Positions 48,101 to 61,985 are shown, numbered from the stretch's first letter. The stretch is DNA of 64,000 nt from Hydrolagus colliei (GCA_035084275.1 CM068771.1:4154001-4218000); one strand, 5' to 3'. Notes: generated by a model not told the origin, from the sequence alone. Numbers and translations: made by a program.

Positions 48101-51100
48101 TTAGGAATGAATCAATACTGAATGTCAACGTGACTGAAGCTCTCCTGATTAGCTCCAGTCAGCGCCTTCACATCTCAGGTACTGGCAGCATCAACAACAA
48201 CAACAAATTACATTTATAGAGCGCCTTTCACGTCGGGAGGACGTCCCAAGGCGCTGAATGTACAACCTCCATGGTTGTACATTCCATATCAACAAACCAG
48301 TCAGGAACCTAGATGTCTTGTTCTATCCTCAACTGTCTTTCCTCCCCCACTTACAAGCCGTGACTCATTCTGCCTTCAATCACCTCCGCAACATTGCCCA
48401 ACTCCGCCACTAGGTCACCCCTCAGGCCGCTGAAACTGTATCCAATATGATACCAGGCTTCACTTTGATTGAAGCCTGTGGTAGCGACTGAGCTATTGTG
48501 TGTAATACAGTAACATGGGGGTAAATGTAGGCATTTAGTGTTTGATATCAGAATAGATGTTTGAATGTATATTTACATTTCTTGACAGATGAGTTCTTCC
48601 CCAAAGTGCCAGTGGGTTTGGTGGTCTCCTCACTGCTCTTAGGACTTGCCATAATAGTGCTGAGTGTTCTTGTCGTCTACAGTGTAAAACAGCACCGAGA
48701 GATCAAAGGTACGTTTCCGTCAGTAACATCCCTCAACTTAACACTGTGTTACTGTTTGTGTGAGAATATGCAAGTTCTATAAATCAATTGCTTTCTCCCT
48801 TCACTCAGTAACCACCTGGCCTGTTTCATGTCACTGCCCTATTCTTCCCCCCCATCAGCAAGTTAGGCTTTCAACCTATCTGTCCCCACTCTCTGGAACT
48901 CAATCCAACTGTCTTTTCGAATCAGTCTTTCCAAATCACTGCCACATCATCCCATTCTGAAAGATGCTCTATAAATGTCATTTTGTTGTTGTTGTTTAAT
49001 AGGCCCCCTCTCCCCACTCTCACTGACTCACTGGAGACAATAAAACAGCATCTTAGACTACCACAGCTTGGCTAAATTATTAATTATTGCAGTATTATCT
49101 CATCGCTCGCTCCTCTCTCCCTTCTCTCGTTGAACGCTCCACTCCACTCTTCTCTTATCACTCGCTCCACTCTCCCTTCTCCGCCTAAGGGTGCATCGCG
49201 CGAGGGCGGTGAACTCCCATATGCAGACCAGCCAGCCAGCGCATATACGCACGTTATTCAATAAAGTCACGCATTTTTTTCTTCGCGCATGTTTGAGTTC
49301 ACAATTGAGAAAGATGCGATCGACGAGTGCCTACTGTAACTGAGTTGAGCTTTATTCTGTGTAGTTTATCGCTTGTTATTGTTGTAAACAGGTAGTTTGA
49401 CCACTAAATAATACTGTATTCAATATTGGTTTCTAACAGTTTTGCTTTGTATCCTCCAGATCTTGAGAAGACAGTTGGTAAGTCATCAAAGTAAAATAAC
49501 AATCTCATATTATGATTACTCTCACTCACAAGGTTCACACAAATCAGACGTAAGGTGGTGTTACAACACTTCTGTTTGCCAACAAAAGGCAAAGTTGCTA
49601 CACTCTCCTGTCAACCTGGGGAAATGCTCATGGGGAGCCAAATCAAATTCAAGGATTATTATTGTGGTATAAGGTTAACTTGCAATTCTTTAGCGCTCTC
49701 CACGCAGGGTAGCATCTCAAAGCACTTAAGAATGGCGGAGCCTGACTGTGGTCTGGGGGGGAGGTTGGGCCGTAAGCATGTAGGAAAAGGAATGTTTTAA
49801 GGCAGGTCTTAAGGGGAGATGGGGAGAAAGGCAGAGGGATTGAAGGAGAGAATCCATTGTTTCGGGGGTCGGTCGCTGAATGTATAAAGGTGGAGAGGAG
49901 GGAAAGTTCGCTGGGAAGTTGACATGTATATGAGATACATGATAAGAGACTTGAAGGAGTATATGGATAGGGCAGAACAGCTGCTGTAAGAAAAGATTGC
50001 TTTAATAACTCTTGCAAACTAGATATTTCACATCATTAACTGTTCATTTTCTTCGCTTAGACAACAGTGGCTTGTCAATATACACACATTTCAGGGAGGG
50101 GGTGGGGTGGATAGAATGAGCAAGCTTGTCAGTAACACAGGGAGTGAGTCAATGATGGAGGGATGGAGGAAATGAAAGAAGAAGGTATTGAGAGAGAACA
50201 ACAACAATATTGCACTTATATAGCGCTTTTCACGTCGGGAGGACGTCCCAAAGCGTCTCCCAAAACAAGGGAGTGATTTTGGAGCTACATAAGGTTTGAT
50301 CACTTCTCTCTTGGTTCTAGGGTGGAAGAGGATTTGTAGGTGTGCAGGTAAGAGTCTAACTGCTAAAGGAACCTGACTCCCCCCCAACGACCCCGCCACA
50401 CACTCACATTCCCTCCCCACCCCCCACCCACCCCCCACACACATGGACTCAATCCCACCCACACACATACTCCCGATGAGGGTGGTGTGGGGGTATGTGA
50501 TGGTATCTCACACACCATCACATACCCCCACACCACTCACACACACTCACATCTCTCTCCCACACACACCATCAAATCCCCCCGACACACACATCACCTC
50601 ACACCACACCCCCCACACAACAACAAATATTACATTGATAGAGCGCCTTTCACATTGGGAAGATGTCCCAAGGCGCTGAACAGTCGGGTCAGGACCCGAG
50701 CAAGGGGGAGGGGCAAGGTGGGTGGGGGGAGGGGAGGGAGAGAGTTGGGAGGGCAGCTGAAGGCACTGACCAAGAGGAGAGTCTTGAGACTGGCCTTGAA
50801 GGAGGTGAAGGGGAAGTGAGGTGAAGGGACTATGGGATGGAGTTTCAGAGTGTGGGGGCAGAGGCTGAAAGCCCGGCCACCAATGGGAGGGCAGATCAAG
50901 CGGAGAACATGGAGCAGCCTGCAGCCTGGGGTGGGCAGGTTGATAGGATGTCAGCCGGTCAGAGAGATAGGAGGGGGCAAGGTAGTGAAACGTCTTGAAA
51001 GTGAGGACAACCCCAAACACCCCCTCCCCACAATGCACATAACCTCACAAGCCTCCAACACAACTCTCCCTCCTCCCCCCGCCCCCCCCCCCCCCACACA

Positions 51101-52510
51101 CACACACCCACAAACACCCTGGCATTCCCTCCCAACACACGCCCTCACATCTTCCCTCTGGCCCCCCCACCCCCCACCGCCGCACACATCCTCACTTCCC
51201 CTCACCTCCACACACCCTCATGTCTCCCCCCACAACACACATAGTCACATCTCCCGCACACACCCTCAAACAACACTCCTCACACAAACCTCCACATAAC
51301 CCACAAACACCCTTACAGCTCTCCCCCACACACCTGCAAATTGCTCAGCCAAACACACCCTCATATTCCCCCCACCAAACACACTCACACCCGAACCCTA
51401 CACACCCTCAGTCACAACTCCCCCACCACACACATCCTTGCATTCCTCACCCACACATATCCCCCCATACACACCCTCATATCGCCTCCACACACGTCAA
51501 ACTCCACCCACTAAACCCTCACATAACCCTCACATCCCCCTCCACAAACACACCCTCATATTCCCCCTCCACACTGACACACCCCAGTCCACACACATTC
51601 CCCCCTCCTCCTCCCCCCCAACACACACCCTCACATCCCATCACACACTCATCCCCAACACACACATTTCCCACCCCCACACATGCTCATAATCCCCTCC
51701 AGACTTATATCATCCCCACACACCCTCACATCCCACCCCTCACACACACCCTCACATCCCACCCCTCACACACATGCACATCACCCCCTCTTCCTCTCCC
51801 CTCCACACACCCCCCCACATCACCCCCCCCCCCCCCCCCCCCCACACCCACAGACTCTGAGCCTATGTGTTGGATTCTGTTCCCAGGAGATGTCAGTGTT
51901 TGACACAAAGGCTTCTCTCCCGAAGCTGAAGATCATCTTATTGATAATTGTCAATGTGTCCGACATTAATGGTCTGGTTCTCACTCTAGTTACAGTCACT
52001 CTGGATCCTGACACAGCCCATCCCCGGCTCATCCTGTCTGAGGACCTGACCAGTGTGAGAGATGGAGACACATGGCAGCCGCTCCCTGACACCCCAAAGA
52101 GGTTTAGTAAAGATCCCATTGTCCTGGGGTCTGAGGGCTTCACATCAGGGAGACATTACTGGGAGGTGCAGGTGGGGAACAAGACACAGTGCATTGTGGG
52201 ATTGGCCAGAGAGTCTGTCAACAGGAAACAATGGATCACATGGTCACCAGAGGGCGGGGTCTGGGGGGTGGAGCTGTGGGGCGGGGCCTATGAGGCTCTG
52301 ACGTCACCCCGCACCCCCCTGCCCCTGACAGTGAGACCCGGGAAGGTCGGAGTTCACCTGGACTATGAGGGGGGACAGGTGTCAGTTTACGACGCTGATC
52401 ACATGTCTCATCTCCACACCTTCACCCAAACTTTCACTGAGAGACTCTATCCTCTCTTCTATCCCGGGTTTGATTCTGAGCCTCTGACAATCTGCCCAGT
52501 GACTGGTTAA
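45137..52510 (+). CDS. Butyrophilin-like gene, copy C (complete, 455 aa)
   Basis: Exons 45137-45194, 46353-46700, 46905-47180, 48589-48708, 49460-49477, 50321-50347, 51990-52510, with the same splice sites as copy B. Confidence 0.92.
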
Positions 52511-53522
52511 TCAGGAGGAAAACGCTGAGACATTGACTAGGTTCACAGGTTGGTGGAGTGGGGCTGGGGTGGGGGGGGGAGGGGGTTGAGTGGCCACTTT
52601 AAGATGAGAGTTGGCTTTGGGTCAGTATCAATGGGGGGGGGGGGGGGGCTTGTCCATCGCCTTGGCAACCAACCGCTGACAGGGTGTGAGAGCGGCAAGA
52701 GGGCCCCATGTGTTGCGGTTGCTGGGAGGACTGACTGAGGTCCTCCTCATGGCTTTCCCTCCCATCTCTCATTAAATGGTGAGGGGGCGGGGGGGAGATA
52801 GGGACTGAGCCCCCACCAGCCCTCACCACCCACCGTCTATTTGACTGTTGTAACCGCGAGGTTTGGATGGAGCCGAGTGTTTGATTCTGGGCTTTTCCCC
52901 CAGTTTTGAGCTGAGTCTGAGACAGGAATCAATTACAATGAAAACTTCATCACCAGCTGGTCTCTGGGCTTGTGCTGAGAGAATCTGAGCTTCCATCAGT
53001 GTGTGAGCTCACACGGTCTGAGACAGGGATATCGGCTGATATCTTCCTCTCCAGCAATGCCCAGTCTCACAGTCGGGGGCTGGGCTCAGAATCTCACTGA
53101 AATCTCCCAAATCACTTTAGTGTCTATAAACAAGGTGACACATTCTACTCTAGCGTCAGCCTCGTCTCACTGTGTATAAACAATGTGTAATGTGTATTTT
53201 CAGTGACTACTTTTATAATCTGTGTAACATTTCTCATTCACTGTAACAATCACTCAAGACCTTTAACCCTCATTAAATCAATGTCCCGTTGTCTAGTCAA
53301 GTTGATATTATTACAGAAAATATTGTCATTGATTTGCAAAATACAAGAGCAATTAACAATAAATCATGTTATGTCATTATTTTATGCCCAATGATTATAC
53401 ACACTCTACACACTCTCCTCGCCCTCCCCCTCCCTCTCCCACCCCCACCACCCCGAAACACTCAGACACTGATACACACACCACTGACCATCAACCCCTG
53501 ATACAAGAACACAAACAAGTTA

Positions 53523-54046
53523 CAGGTAGACCCCACTTAACGTCGCCTCGGTTAACGTACTTTCGTTATTACATTGCTGATACATTGGAAACACACAAAT
53601 ATCCCTCCCCGACCGTGGAGGATACGTTCCTGAATCCCCCGCCCCCCCCCCCCAAGTGATTAGTAAAACCATGGTTGGCAAATACAAGGCCAACCGCGTG
53701 TCTGGTTGATGTAACTGGGTCATCGCACCAAACTCTAGTGTTAGTGTTGAAACCCATGGATGCGCAAAATTCACTGCCGCGGTTGGCAAAGGTTGTCGCA
53801 GAGAGGAAACCACGGATACGGAGTGGGCAGCGAGAGAGATCGTCAGTGAGTGAGTGAGCCAGGAAGGCAGTCAGGGAGTGAGTGTAATGGGTTTGTTTTT
53901 GGAAATTTTTGACGAAAAATGTCCAAAAGAACCTAAATCCAGTTTTAACATTCATTCTTATGGGAAACATGTAATCACTTAACGTTGTTTCGCTTAAAGT
54001 CGCACTTTTCAAGAACCAAACTACGATGTTAAGCGGGGTCTACCTG
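53523..54046. mobile_element. Tc1/mariner-Tigger-type MITE, complete (524 bp)
   Basis: 23-bp TIRs CAGGTAGACCCCACTTAACGTCG / CAGGTAGACCCCGCTTAACATCG (21/23 match), flanked by TA on both sides (53521-53522, 54047-54048). Confidence 0.85.
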
Positions 54047-55478
54047 TACATTTTCACAGCATCTTTCATGTCAGGAGGACGTCCCTAGGCGCTGACAATC
54101 AGGGATCCCCACCTGATCTGGTGTTTGGGATCAGGAGGGGTGGAGGACAGGGAGGGGAGGGTAAGAGGTTTACCAATGGCACGGTTGAATAGGGGGGTCT
54201 TCAGATGCGGCTTGAAGGAAGCAATGGAGGGCGTGAGGTGGAGAGACTGAGGGTGCGTGCAGAGAGGTTGATAGTTCACCTGCCAATGAGAGGGCGGAGC
54301 AGTTGATCGAGTTGTTATTACTGTATCATTGTCTTCAAGCTACTTGTGCACTTCTTATGAAGCTTTGCCTGATTTTCTGCTGTTTCCCACCCTTTTCCCC
54401 AAAAATGTCAGTTCACATTACAAACCGTTTGATTTGTATTTCTAACTAACCCCAGCACTTTCCGGAAGTTTATTTGATGTTTTAAGCTTTTTTCCAGCAC
54501 TTTCTAGAAGTTGATCACCAGTAGGCACCTTCACGTGAACGTTTGGCTAATTTCCATCTGCACTTCCATCTTGAAACATCCGTTGATTTGTATAAATTTC
54601 ACACATGTTCACATTGAAATAATAATAACTTCACATTAACTTACGTTCAACGTCAAGGTGTTTTGAACAATTTTAATGAAGATTTGGCTGATTTCCAGCT
54701 GTGTCTTAAAACGTTCCCAAAATTTCAACAAATATTCAGAACAATTTGATCTGAATTTCCAGTTTATTAGAGCACTTTCCAGGAGTTTCAGCGAATTTTC
54801 AGCTGTTTTTCCAGCACTTTCTAGAAGTTACAGTAGTCATCAGTAGTGCCCAGCCCACTTTCATGTGAACTTTTGGCTCATTTCCAGCTGCATATTTTTT
54901 AAATATGTGTTGATTTCCATCAATTTAGCACATTTCAATTCACTTTACAGTATATTCTGTGAAGCGCTTTGTTACGTCGATAAGACATGAAAAAGCGCTG
55001 TATCAAATGCAAGGATTATTATTATTATTTTTATATTAAACTTACATTCGACTTCAAGATGTTTGTTACCCATTTATATTACCCATTTCTGACACATAAT
55101 GAATATCTGTCTGATTTCCGAAAGTGTCTTAACACTTTCTTCAAGTTTCAACAAAAGTTCCAAGCAATTTCCCTCTTTTCCCCCCTTTCTCCCTTGACCC
55201 CACTTCCGTGACTGTTTATCGGACGCTGCCGTGCGCAGTTTGGCTGCCACGTTTCGCCCACAAATATAGTCAATTCTCCTCTCCTTCATCCTACCCCAAC
55301 CCCTCCCCCCCTTCTCTTGTCCCTACCTGACTGTACAGCGCCTTGGGATGTCCTCTCAATGTGAAAGGCGCCACGTAAATGTAAGTTTTGATTGATAGAT
55401 TGATTGTTTGTTTGATTGATTGATTGATTGATTGATGGATCAATCAATCAATCGAATGAATGAATGAATGTCCAATGG

Positions 55479-56619
55479 TTTCCAGAACTTTCTAGAAGCT
55501 TTAACACATTTTCAGCTGTTTTTCCAGCACTTTCTAGAAGTTACAGTAGTCACCAGTAGTGCCCAGCCCACTTTCACGTGAACTTTTGGCTCATTTCCAG
55601 CTGTACATTCTTGAAATATCTGCTGATTTCCATTAATTTAGCACATTTCAATTCACTTTACAGTACATTCTGTGAAGCGCTTTGTGACGTCGATAAGACG
55701 TGAAAAAGCACCAGATCAAATGCGAGGATTATTATTATTATTTTCATATTAAGATAATAATTACAACTTCACGCAAACTTACATTCAACTTCAAGATGTT
55801 TTTGACACATTTACACATTTACATTGCACATAATGAATCTCTGGCTGATTTCCCAAAGTGTCTTAACTCTTTCCCCAGTTTCAGCAAAAGTTCCAAGCAA
55901 TTGTATCTGAACGCCCGATGGTTTCCAGAACTCTCCGGAAGCTTTCGCACACATCCAGCACTTTCCAGAAGCTACTGGCCGCGCCTGGTAATTTCGCATG
56001 AACCTCTGGCACGTGGCCAGCTGATCGTTCTGGAAGTTTAACCCGATTCCCGTTGATCCCGGACGTCTCCGCACAATCACAACAACAACAATAATAATAA
56101 TTCCACACGAATTCGCGGTTGATTCCGGCTGTTTTTCCCGCTAATTTTCAGCAGATTGCCAGCAGTTTGGAGGCATTGTTTTTTTACTGAAGTTTGGGGC
56201 AGATTTTCAGGTGTTTGAGCCCCTTTTCCCTGTTGACCCCCACAGGTCTGAGCCCCTCCCCCAGGTCTGAGCCCCTCCCCCAGGTCTGAGCCCCTCCCCC
56301 AGATCTGAGCCCCTCCCCCAGGTCTGAGCCCCTCCCCCAGGTCTGAGCCCCTCCCCCAGATCTGAGCCCCTCCCCCAGGTCAGATCTCCCAGAGCTGGGA
56401 ATGAAGTTCCTCTGATTTCCAGCTGTTTCTGGACTGGGTTCCTTCCTGAAGTCTCCACAACGTTCCACGCGCTCCGATTGGCCGCCGACCAGGAAGCGGC
56501 CGGGGGCGTCCTCTTTGTGACATCACCTTGACGCCCTCTGATTGGCCCCCCTCCACCCCCCCCCCCCCCCCCCGAGGCCGCCAGGCCCCGCCCACAACCA
56601 AGAAACCAGCCTTTATATA
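55479..56619 (+). promoter_or_regulatory. HSP70 copy 3 promoter (HSEs, CCAAT, GC box, TATA)
   Basis: Same elements; TATATA at 56614-56619. Confidence 0.88.
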
Positions 56620-57096
56620 CAGGGCGAGGAGTGAAGCCAGGCTCAGACACTGAGACAGACTGAGAGTCAGACTGACACTGAGACAGACTGACACTGAGAC
56701 AGACTAACACTGAGACAGGCTGACACTGAGACAGACTGACACTGAGACAGACTGACACTGAGACAGACTGACACTGAGACAGACTGACACTGAGACAGAC
56801 TGACACTGAGACAGACTGACACTGAGACAGACTGACACTGAGACAGACTGAGAGTCAGACTGACACTGAGACAGACTGACACTGAGAGGGGCTGAGAGAC
56901 TGAAAGCCTGAGAAACAAGAAGGGAGAGCGAGAGAAAGAAGAGAGAGAGCGAAGGACGGAGCTACAAGAAGAAGACATAAAGAGGAAAACACCTTCGCGG
57001 CGACTTCAGTCCAAGACTCACTGACATTGGGACAGCGATTCGGAGCCAAAGGATCTAAGTCACGTACAGACGCGCTCACGTACAGACGGCAGGACA

Positions 57097-58950
57097 ATGG
57101 CCCCAGCGATTGGCATCGACCTGGGCACCACCTACTCGTGTGTGGGTGTGTTCCAGCACGGCAAGGTGGAGATCATCGCCAACGACCAGGGCAACCGCAC
57201 CACACCCAGCTACGTGGCCTTCAACGACACCGAGAGGCTGATCGGCGAAGCCGCCAAGAACCAAGCAGCCCTCAACCCCCCCAACACCGTCTTCGATGCC
57301 AAGAGGCTGATCGGGAGGAAGTTCGATGACCCTGTGGTGCAGGCGGACATGAAGCACTGGCCTTTCCAGGTGGTGAGCCAGGGGGGCAAGCCCAAGGTGC
57401 AGGTTGAGTACAAGGGAGAGTCCAAGACGTTCAACCCCGAAGAGATCTCGTCCATGGTTCTGACCAAGATGAAGGAGATCGCCGAGGCTTATCTGGGCTC
57501 CAGAGTCACCAACGCTGTCATCACGGTGCCCGCTTACTTCAACGACTCCCAGCGCCAGGCCACCAAAGACGCCGGGATGATCGCGGGGCTCAACGTCCTT
57601 CGCATCATTAATGAACCCACGGCAGCCGCCATCGCCTACGGTCTGGACAAGAAGGGCCAGGGGGAGAAGAACGTCCTGATCTTTGACCTGGGTGGAGGCA
57701 CCTTCGACGTGTCCATCCTCGCCATCGACGGCGGGATCTTTGAGGTCAAATCCACAGCCGGTGACACCCACCTGGGGGGCGAGGACTTTGACAGCCGTAT
57801 GGTCGACCACTTCATCCAGGAGTTCAAGAGGAAAAACAAGAGGGACATCAGCCAGAACAAGAGAGCAGTCAGGAGGCTGAGGACAGCCTGCGAGAGAGCA
57901 AAGAGGACTCTGTCTTCAAGCACCCAAGCCAGCATTGAGATCGACTCACTGTTTGAGGGAATTGACTTCTACACCTCCATCACCAGGGCACGGTTTGAGG
58001 AGCTCAATGGAGACCTGTTCAGAGGAACCCTGGAGCCAGTGGAGAAAGCGTTGACAGACGCCAAGCTGGACAAGTCTCAGATCCACGAAGTTGTCCTCGT
58101 CGGTGGCTCCACTCGCATCCCGAAGATCCAGAAGCTTCTACAGGATTTCTTCAACGGCCGAGAGCTGAACAAGAGCATCAACCCGGATGAGGCAGTGGCC
58201 TACGGGGCAGCTGTGCAAGCCGCCATCTTGATGGGCGACAAGTCTGAGAATGTGCAGGATCTGCTCCTGCTGGACGTGACTCCTCTGTCCCTGGGTCTGG
58301 AGACAGCGGGAGGCGTCATGACCTCCCTCATCAAGAGAAACTCAACCATACCCTCCAAACAGACCCAGGTCTTCACCACCTACTCCGACAACCAGTCCGG
58401 TGTCTTGGTGCAAGTCTACGAGGGCGAGAGAGCCATGACCAAGGACAACAACCTCCTGGGCAAGTTTGAGCTGAGTGGAATCCCCCCGGCTCCCCGCGGG
58501 GTCCCGCAGATCCAGGTTACCTTCGACATCGATGCCAACGGCATCCTTAGTGTCTCGGCCGCTGACAAGAGCACTGGTAATGAGAACAAGATCACCATCA
58601 CCAACGAGAAGGGCCGGCTGAGCAAGGAGGAGATCGAGAGGATGGTGCAGGAGGCTGAGAGGTACAAGGCGGATGATGAGACGCAGCGGGAGAGGGTGAT
58701 GGCCAAGAACAAGCTGGAGTCATTCGTCTACACAGCCAAATGTGCGATGGAGGACAAGAGCATGGAGGGCAAGGTGGGAGAGGAGGACAGGCGGCAGGTG
58801 CTGGACAAGTGCAAACAGGTCATCAACTGGCTGGATGGAAACCAGACAGCGGAGAAGGAAGAGTTTGAGCACCAGCTGAAGGAGCTGGAGAGGGTGTGCA
58901 GTCCTGTCATGGCCAGGCTGAGGCAGGGAGGGGCAGAGGGCGGTCAGTGA
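57097..58950 (+). CDS. hsp70: Intronless HSP70, copy 3, truncated at 617 aa (no EEVD)
   Basis: Same CGA>TGA (58948-58950); the old tail is intact to TAA at 59001. Confidence 0.93.
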   Translation: MAPAIGIDLGTTYSCVGVFQHGKVEIIANDQGNRTTPSYVAFNDTERLIGEAAKNQAALNPPNTVFDAKRLIGRKFDDPVVQADMKHWPFQVVSQGGKPKVQVEYKGESKTFNPEEISSMVLTKMKEIAEAYLGSRVTNAVITVPAYFNDSQRQATKDAGMIAGLNVLRIINEPTAAAIAYGLDKKGQGEKNVLIFDLGGGTFDVSILAIDGGIFEVKSTAGDTHLGGEDFDSRMVDHFIQEFKRKNKRDISQNKRAVRRLRTACERAKRTLSSSTQASIEIDSLFEGIDFYTSITRARFEELNGDLFRGTLEPVEKALTDAKLDKSQIHEVVLVGGSTRIPKIQKLLQDFFNGRELNKSINPDEAVAYGAAVQAAILMGDKSENVQDLLLLDVTPLSLGLETAGGVMTSLIKRNSTIPSKQTQVFTTYSDNQSGVLVQVYEGERAMTKDNNLLGKFELSGIPPAPRGVPQIQVTFDIDANGILSVSAADKSTGNENKITITNEKGRLSKEEIERMVQEAERYKADDETQRERVMAKNKLESFVYTAKCAMEDKSMEGKVGEEDRRQVLDKCKQVINWLDGNQTAEKEEFEHQLKELERVCSPVMARLRQGGAEGGQ

Positions 58951-59323
58951 TCAGGCAAGAGCTGCCCATCTACCGGCCCAACCGTGGAGGAAGTCGATTA
59001 AACGTCAGCCGATGGACTTCCTGCCCCTTTGGCTTTTCTGTACCTGCTCAGGTGTTAACCTTTCCCACCTTCAGACACTTTGGGATATATGTATAAATGA
59101 TAAACGTATAGGGCTATGGGTTAAGAGTAAGGGTGTGGGACTGATTGGGTAGATCTTTCAAACAGCCAGCGCAGATACAATGGGCCTAATGGTCTACTTA
59201 TTTGCGGTAAGATTGAATGATTCTATGTATATTTTGAACTAATGATCTGCTATGAATGTATGTCACAGCGACAGCAGCTGGACTCCGAATTTTATTTTAT
59301 TAAACTGTTTGTACCCGATGTAC

Positions 59324-59354
<31 letters not shown>

Positions 59355-60335
59355 AGATTCATACTGGCTCAAACACTGGGGCCCTCAACTCTGAGTCAGA
59401 AGGTTGTGGGTGGAAGCCACACACTGGGCCGTGGAACCACAGTCTACCATGACACTTGAATGCAGGCGCTGGGTGGGGAGGGGGGCGTTGGGTGGGGGAG
59501 GGGGAGGGTGGAGTGTGGGGTTTGCGACATCGTCAGAACTGGCATCCTTCAAACGAAACATTAAAGTGAGCTCCCGTCAGCGCAGTGTTTCACAAACAGT
59601 TGTGGATTTCGTGAGCAAATGTTATTATTGTTAAGGGATTGTGACCCCAGTAAAGTGATCGGAAATCGCCCTAGAACTGTGGTCCTTTTCCCTGCTGGAT
59701 AAACAGAGGCTTGTGGAATGGCGGTGTTGATGGGGAAACTTCACCCTATTGTTCACAGTAAAACATTAATAATAATCCTGACGTTTGAGAAGCACCTTTC
59801 GTGTCAGGTGGACATCTCAAAGAGGTTACACCATAAACATAAGAGCTGAGAACTTCTAGGACATGGTTATACAGTAAAATTCACATCAGTATTATTGCTA
59901 ACATCACACCTGGACCCGAGTAAATTTACCTTTCCCTCGTGTCTCCCGATGTAGGTAAGTTAGAGTGCGATATCAGAAACAGAATCATTTACTGAGGGTT
60001 AAATTGACCGGCTGGGTGGATACAATGGACGCCGGTTAAATCGGACACGAAAGGGCCGAGCATTTAATCTGAAATAAGCAGCTTCTGAGGCTGACCGCTA
60101 TCGATGTATTAAATCTCATCCTTTGTTTTAACCCAATTACTGACAACATAGTAACGCCAATTACTACAACATATAGCGCCTCTGACGTCAGGAGGAAGTC
60201 CCGAGGCACTGTCACCAATTGCTGATGTGTAAAGCCCTGAACACAATGCTCACTGTCATTTACAAACTAAGAAGGTGATTGATACCTTGATAAATAGTGT
60301 TCACAGAAAACGGGTAAAAAAAAAGTGACAGAAAT

Positions 60336-61865
60336 TTAAACTTTTTTATTGAAAAGTTCTCTCAAGTCGGACTGTACGAGATCAGCGTGGCGTCGCTCTC
60401 TGATGCTCGCAACGATGTCGTTAAGTGCGTTCGAAAACTTGTTGTAGAGTCCGCTCTTTAGTAAGAAGCGTTCAGCCTCTCGCAGGCCAGTCAGAGCTGT
60501 GCTGGCTGTCACAGGCGAGGCCCCATTGTCCTCAGAGTCGCTGTCGCTGCTGTTCTCGACTAGTAGGCGCTCGGCGGCAACAGCTTCGGCCACGATATTC
60601 TCCTGACCTTGCGGATCACGGCAAGGTAGATCAGAGTCAATGTACAGGAACTGGTCAGCGATCTGCCTCTCGCCCTCGGCCTCTGTGCTTGTCTTCTCGT
60701 CAGCCTCAGCACGGGGAGCAGCGTCACCAGACGCAAACCCTGCCTTTGCGAAGCAATTGGATATCATCGCAGGCTCCATGCTCTCCCAGGCCCTGGCAGC
60801 CATGCCGATGGCATCCAGCAGGCTGATGTGTCTGGCCATCTTTCCCACCGAGGCCTGGGGGATGATGGTGTTGCTGTCAATGGCGTCGAGGAGGCGATTC
60901 CGTAGCTCCTCGCGGTAGGAAAGCTTCAGGTGTCGGATGATTCCTTGACCCATGGGTTGGATCATGGTGGTGTCCGGGGGAATCAGCTCCAGGCAGATGT
61001 TCTTAAGCGTTGGGACGGTCAGATGACACGGTGCGCTGTCCATGAGAAGAAGAACTTTACGCCCCAGGTTGACCAGCTCTGTGTCCCACTGCACCAGCCA
61101 CTCCTTAAATATCGTTCCTGTCATCCACGCCATTTTGTTGGCCTTATAGGTGACAGGCAGAACGGCGCAGTCGACTCCCTGCATACAGCGAGGGCGCTGG
61201 CTCTTCCCGATGACCAGCAGTTTGCGCCGGTCGCAGCCGGTCATGTTGGCGCAGACCATCAGCGTGACACTGTCCGTCGCTCCCTTTACACCACTCGGCT
61301 CAGTCGGGTGCAAATACGAGCCGTTGGGCACCGCGCGATAGCGCAGCCCCGTTTGCTCCGCGTTGTAGATGGCATCTGGGGCATAGGAAGAGAGCAGCAC
61401 GGTGCGGGAGTTAGCGCCCTCTAGGCCAGCGCTCCTCAGCTTTCCGGGAAACAGCCTGTACACTATGTTGTTACGTGCCTTCCAGCGGCTAAACCAGCCG
61501 TCGGTCACGGTGAACCCCGGCTTCCCGAGCTCGTGCGCCAGGCTCTGCGCCTTGGCTTTGAGGATGGGCCCATTGAGCGGCTGCCCCTCGGTGGACGCCC
61601 TTTGGAACCACAGGAGGAGAGCGAGCTCCACCTGGGGATCTTTGCCTTTGCGATCCCTCTTCTTACGCAGACCCACGTCGCCCTCGGCCAAGGTGGCCGC
61701 TGTCCGGCGCAGCTTCGTCTCACTGGCGACGAGGTCACCCAGCGTCGACTTCTTGACCCCGAGCCTCCTGGCCAGTTCTCGCAGGGGAGTCCCCCGCGGC
61801 TCCAACTTGACCCTGTCTAACACTTCTATCTTCTCCAAAAGTGTCCGGGACATTTTCTTCGACAT
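60336..61865 (-). CDS. TIGD-like protein, copy 3 (509 aa)
   Basis: Intact ORF; differs from copy 2 at 2 residues (T/P, D/Y). Confidence 0.9.
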   Translation of the reverse strand: MSKKMSRTLLEKIEVLDRVKLEPRGTPLRELARRLGVKKSTLGDLVASETKLRRTAATLAEGDVGLRKKRDRKGKDPQVELALLLWFQRASTEGQPLNGPILKAKAQSLAHELGKPGFTVTDGWFSRWKARNNIVYRLFPGKLRSAGLEGANSRTVLLSSYAPDAIYNAEQTGLRYRAVPNGSYLHPTEPSGVKGATDSVTLMVCANMTGCDRRKLLVIGKSQRPRCMQGVDCAVLPVTYKANKMAWMTGTIFKEWLVQWDTELVNLGRKVLLLMDSAPCHLTVPTLKNICLELIPPDTTMIQPMGQGIIRHLKLSYREELRNRLLDAIDSNTIIPQASVGKMARHISLLDAIGMAARAWESMEPAMISNCFAKAGFASGDAAPRAEADEKTSTEAEGERQIADQFLYIDSDLPCRDPQGQENIVAEAVAAERLLVENSSDSDSEDNGASPVTASTALTGLREAERFLLKSGLYNKFSNALNDIVASIRERRHADLVQSDLRELFNKKV

Positions 61866-61985
61866 TATGGCTTCTTATGTGTTGAGAGGATGACACAAGT
61901 TTAACAATAGAAAATAATACTTCCGATGTCTCAAATGGCTTCACAGGTCTTTTTTTTTGGGGGGGGTGGGGTGGGGGGGCGGGAA

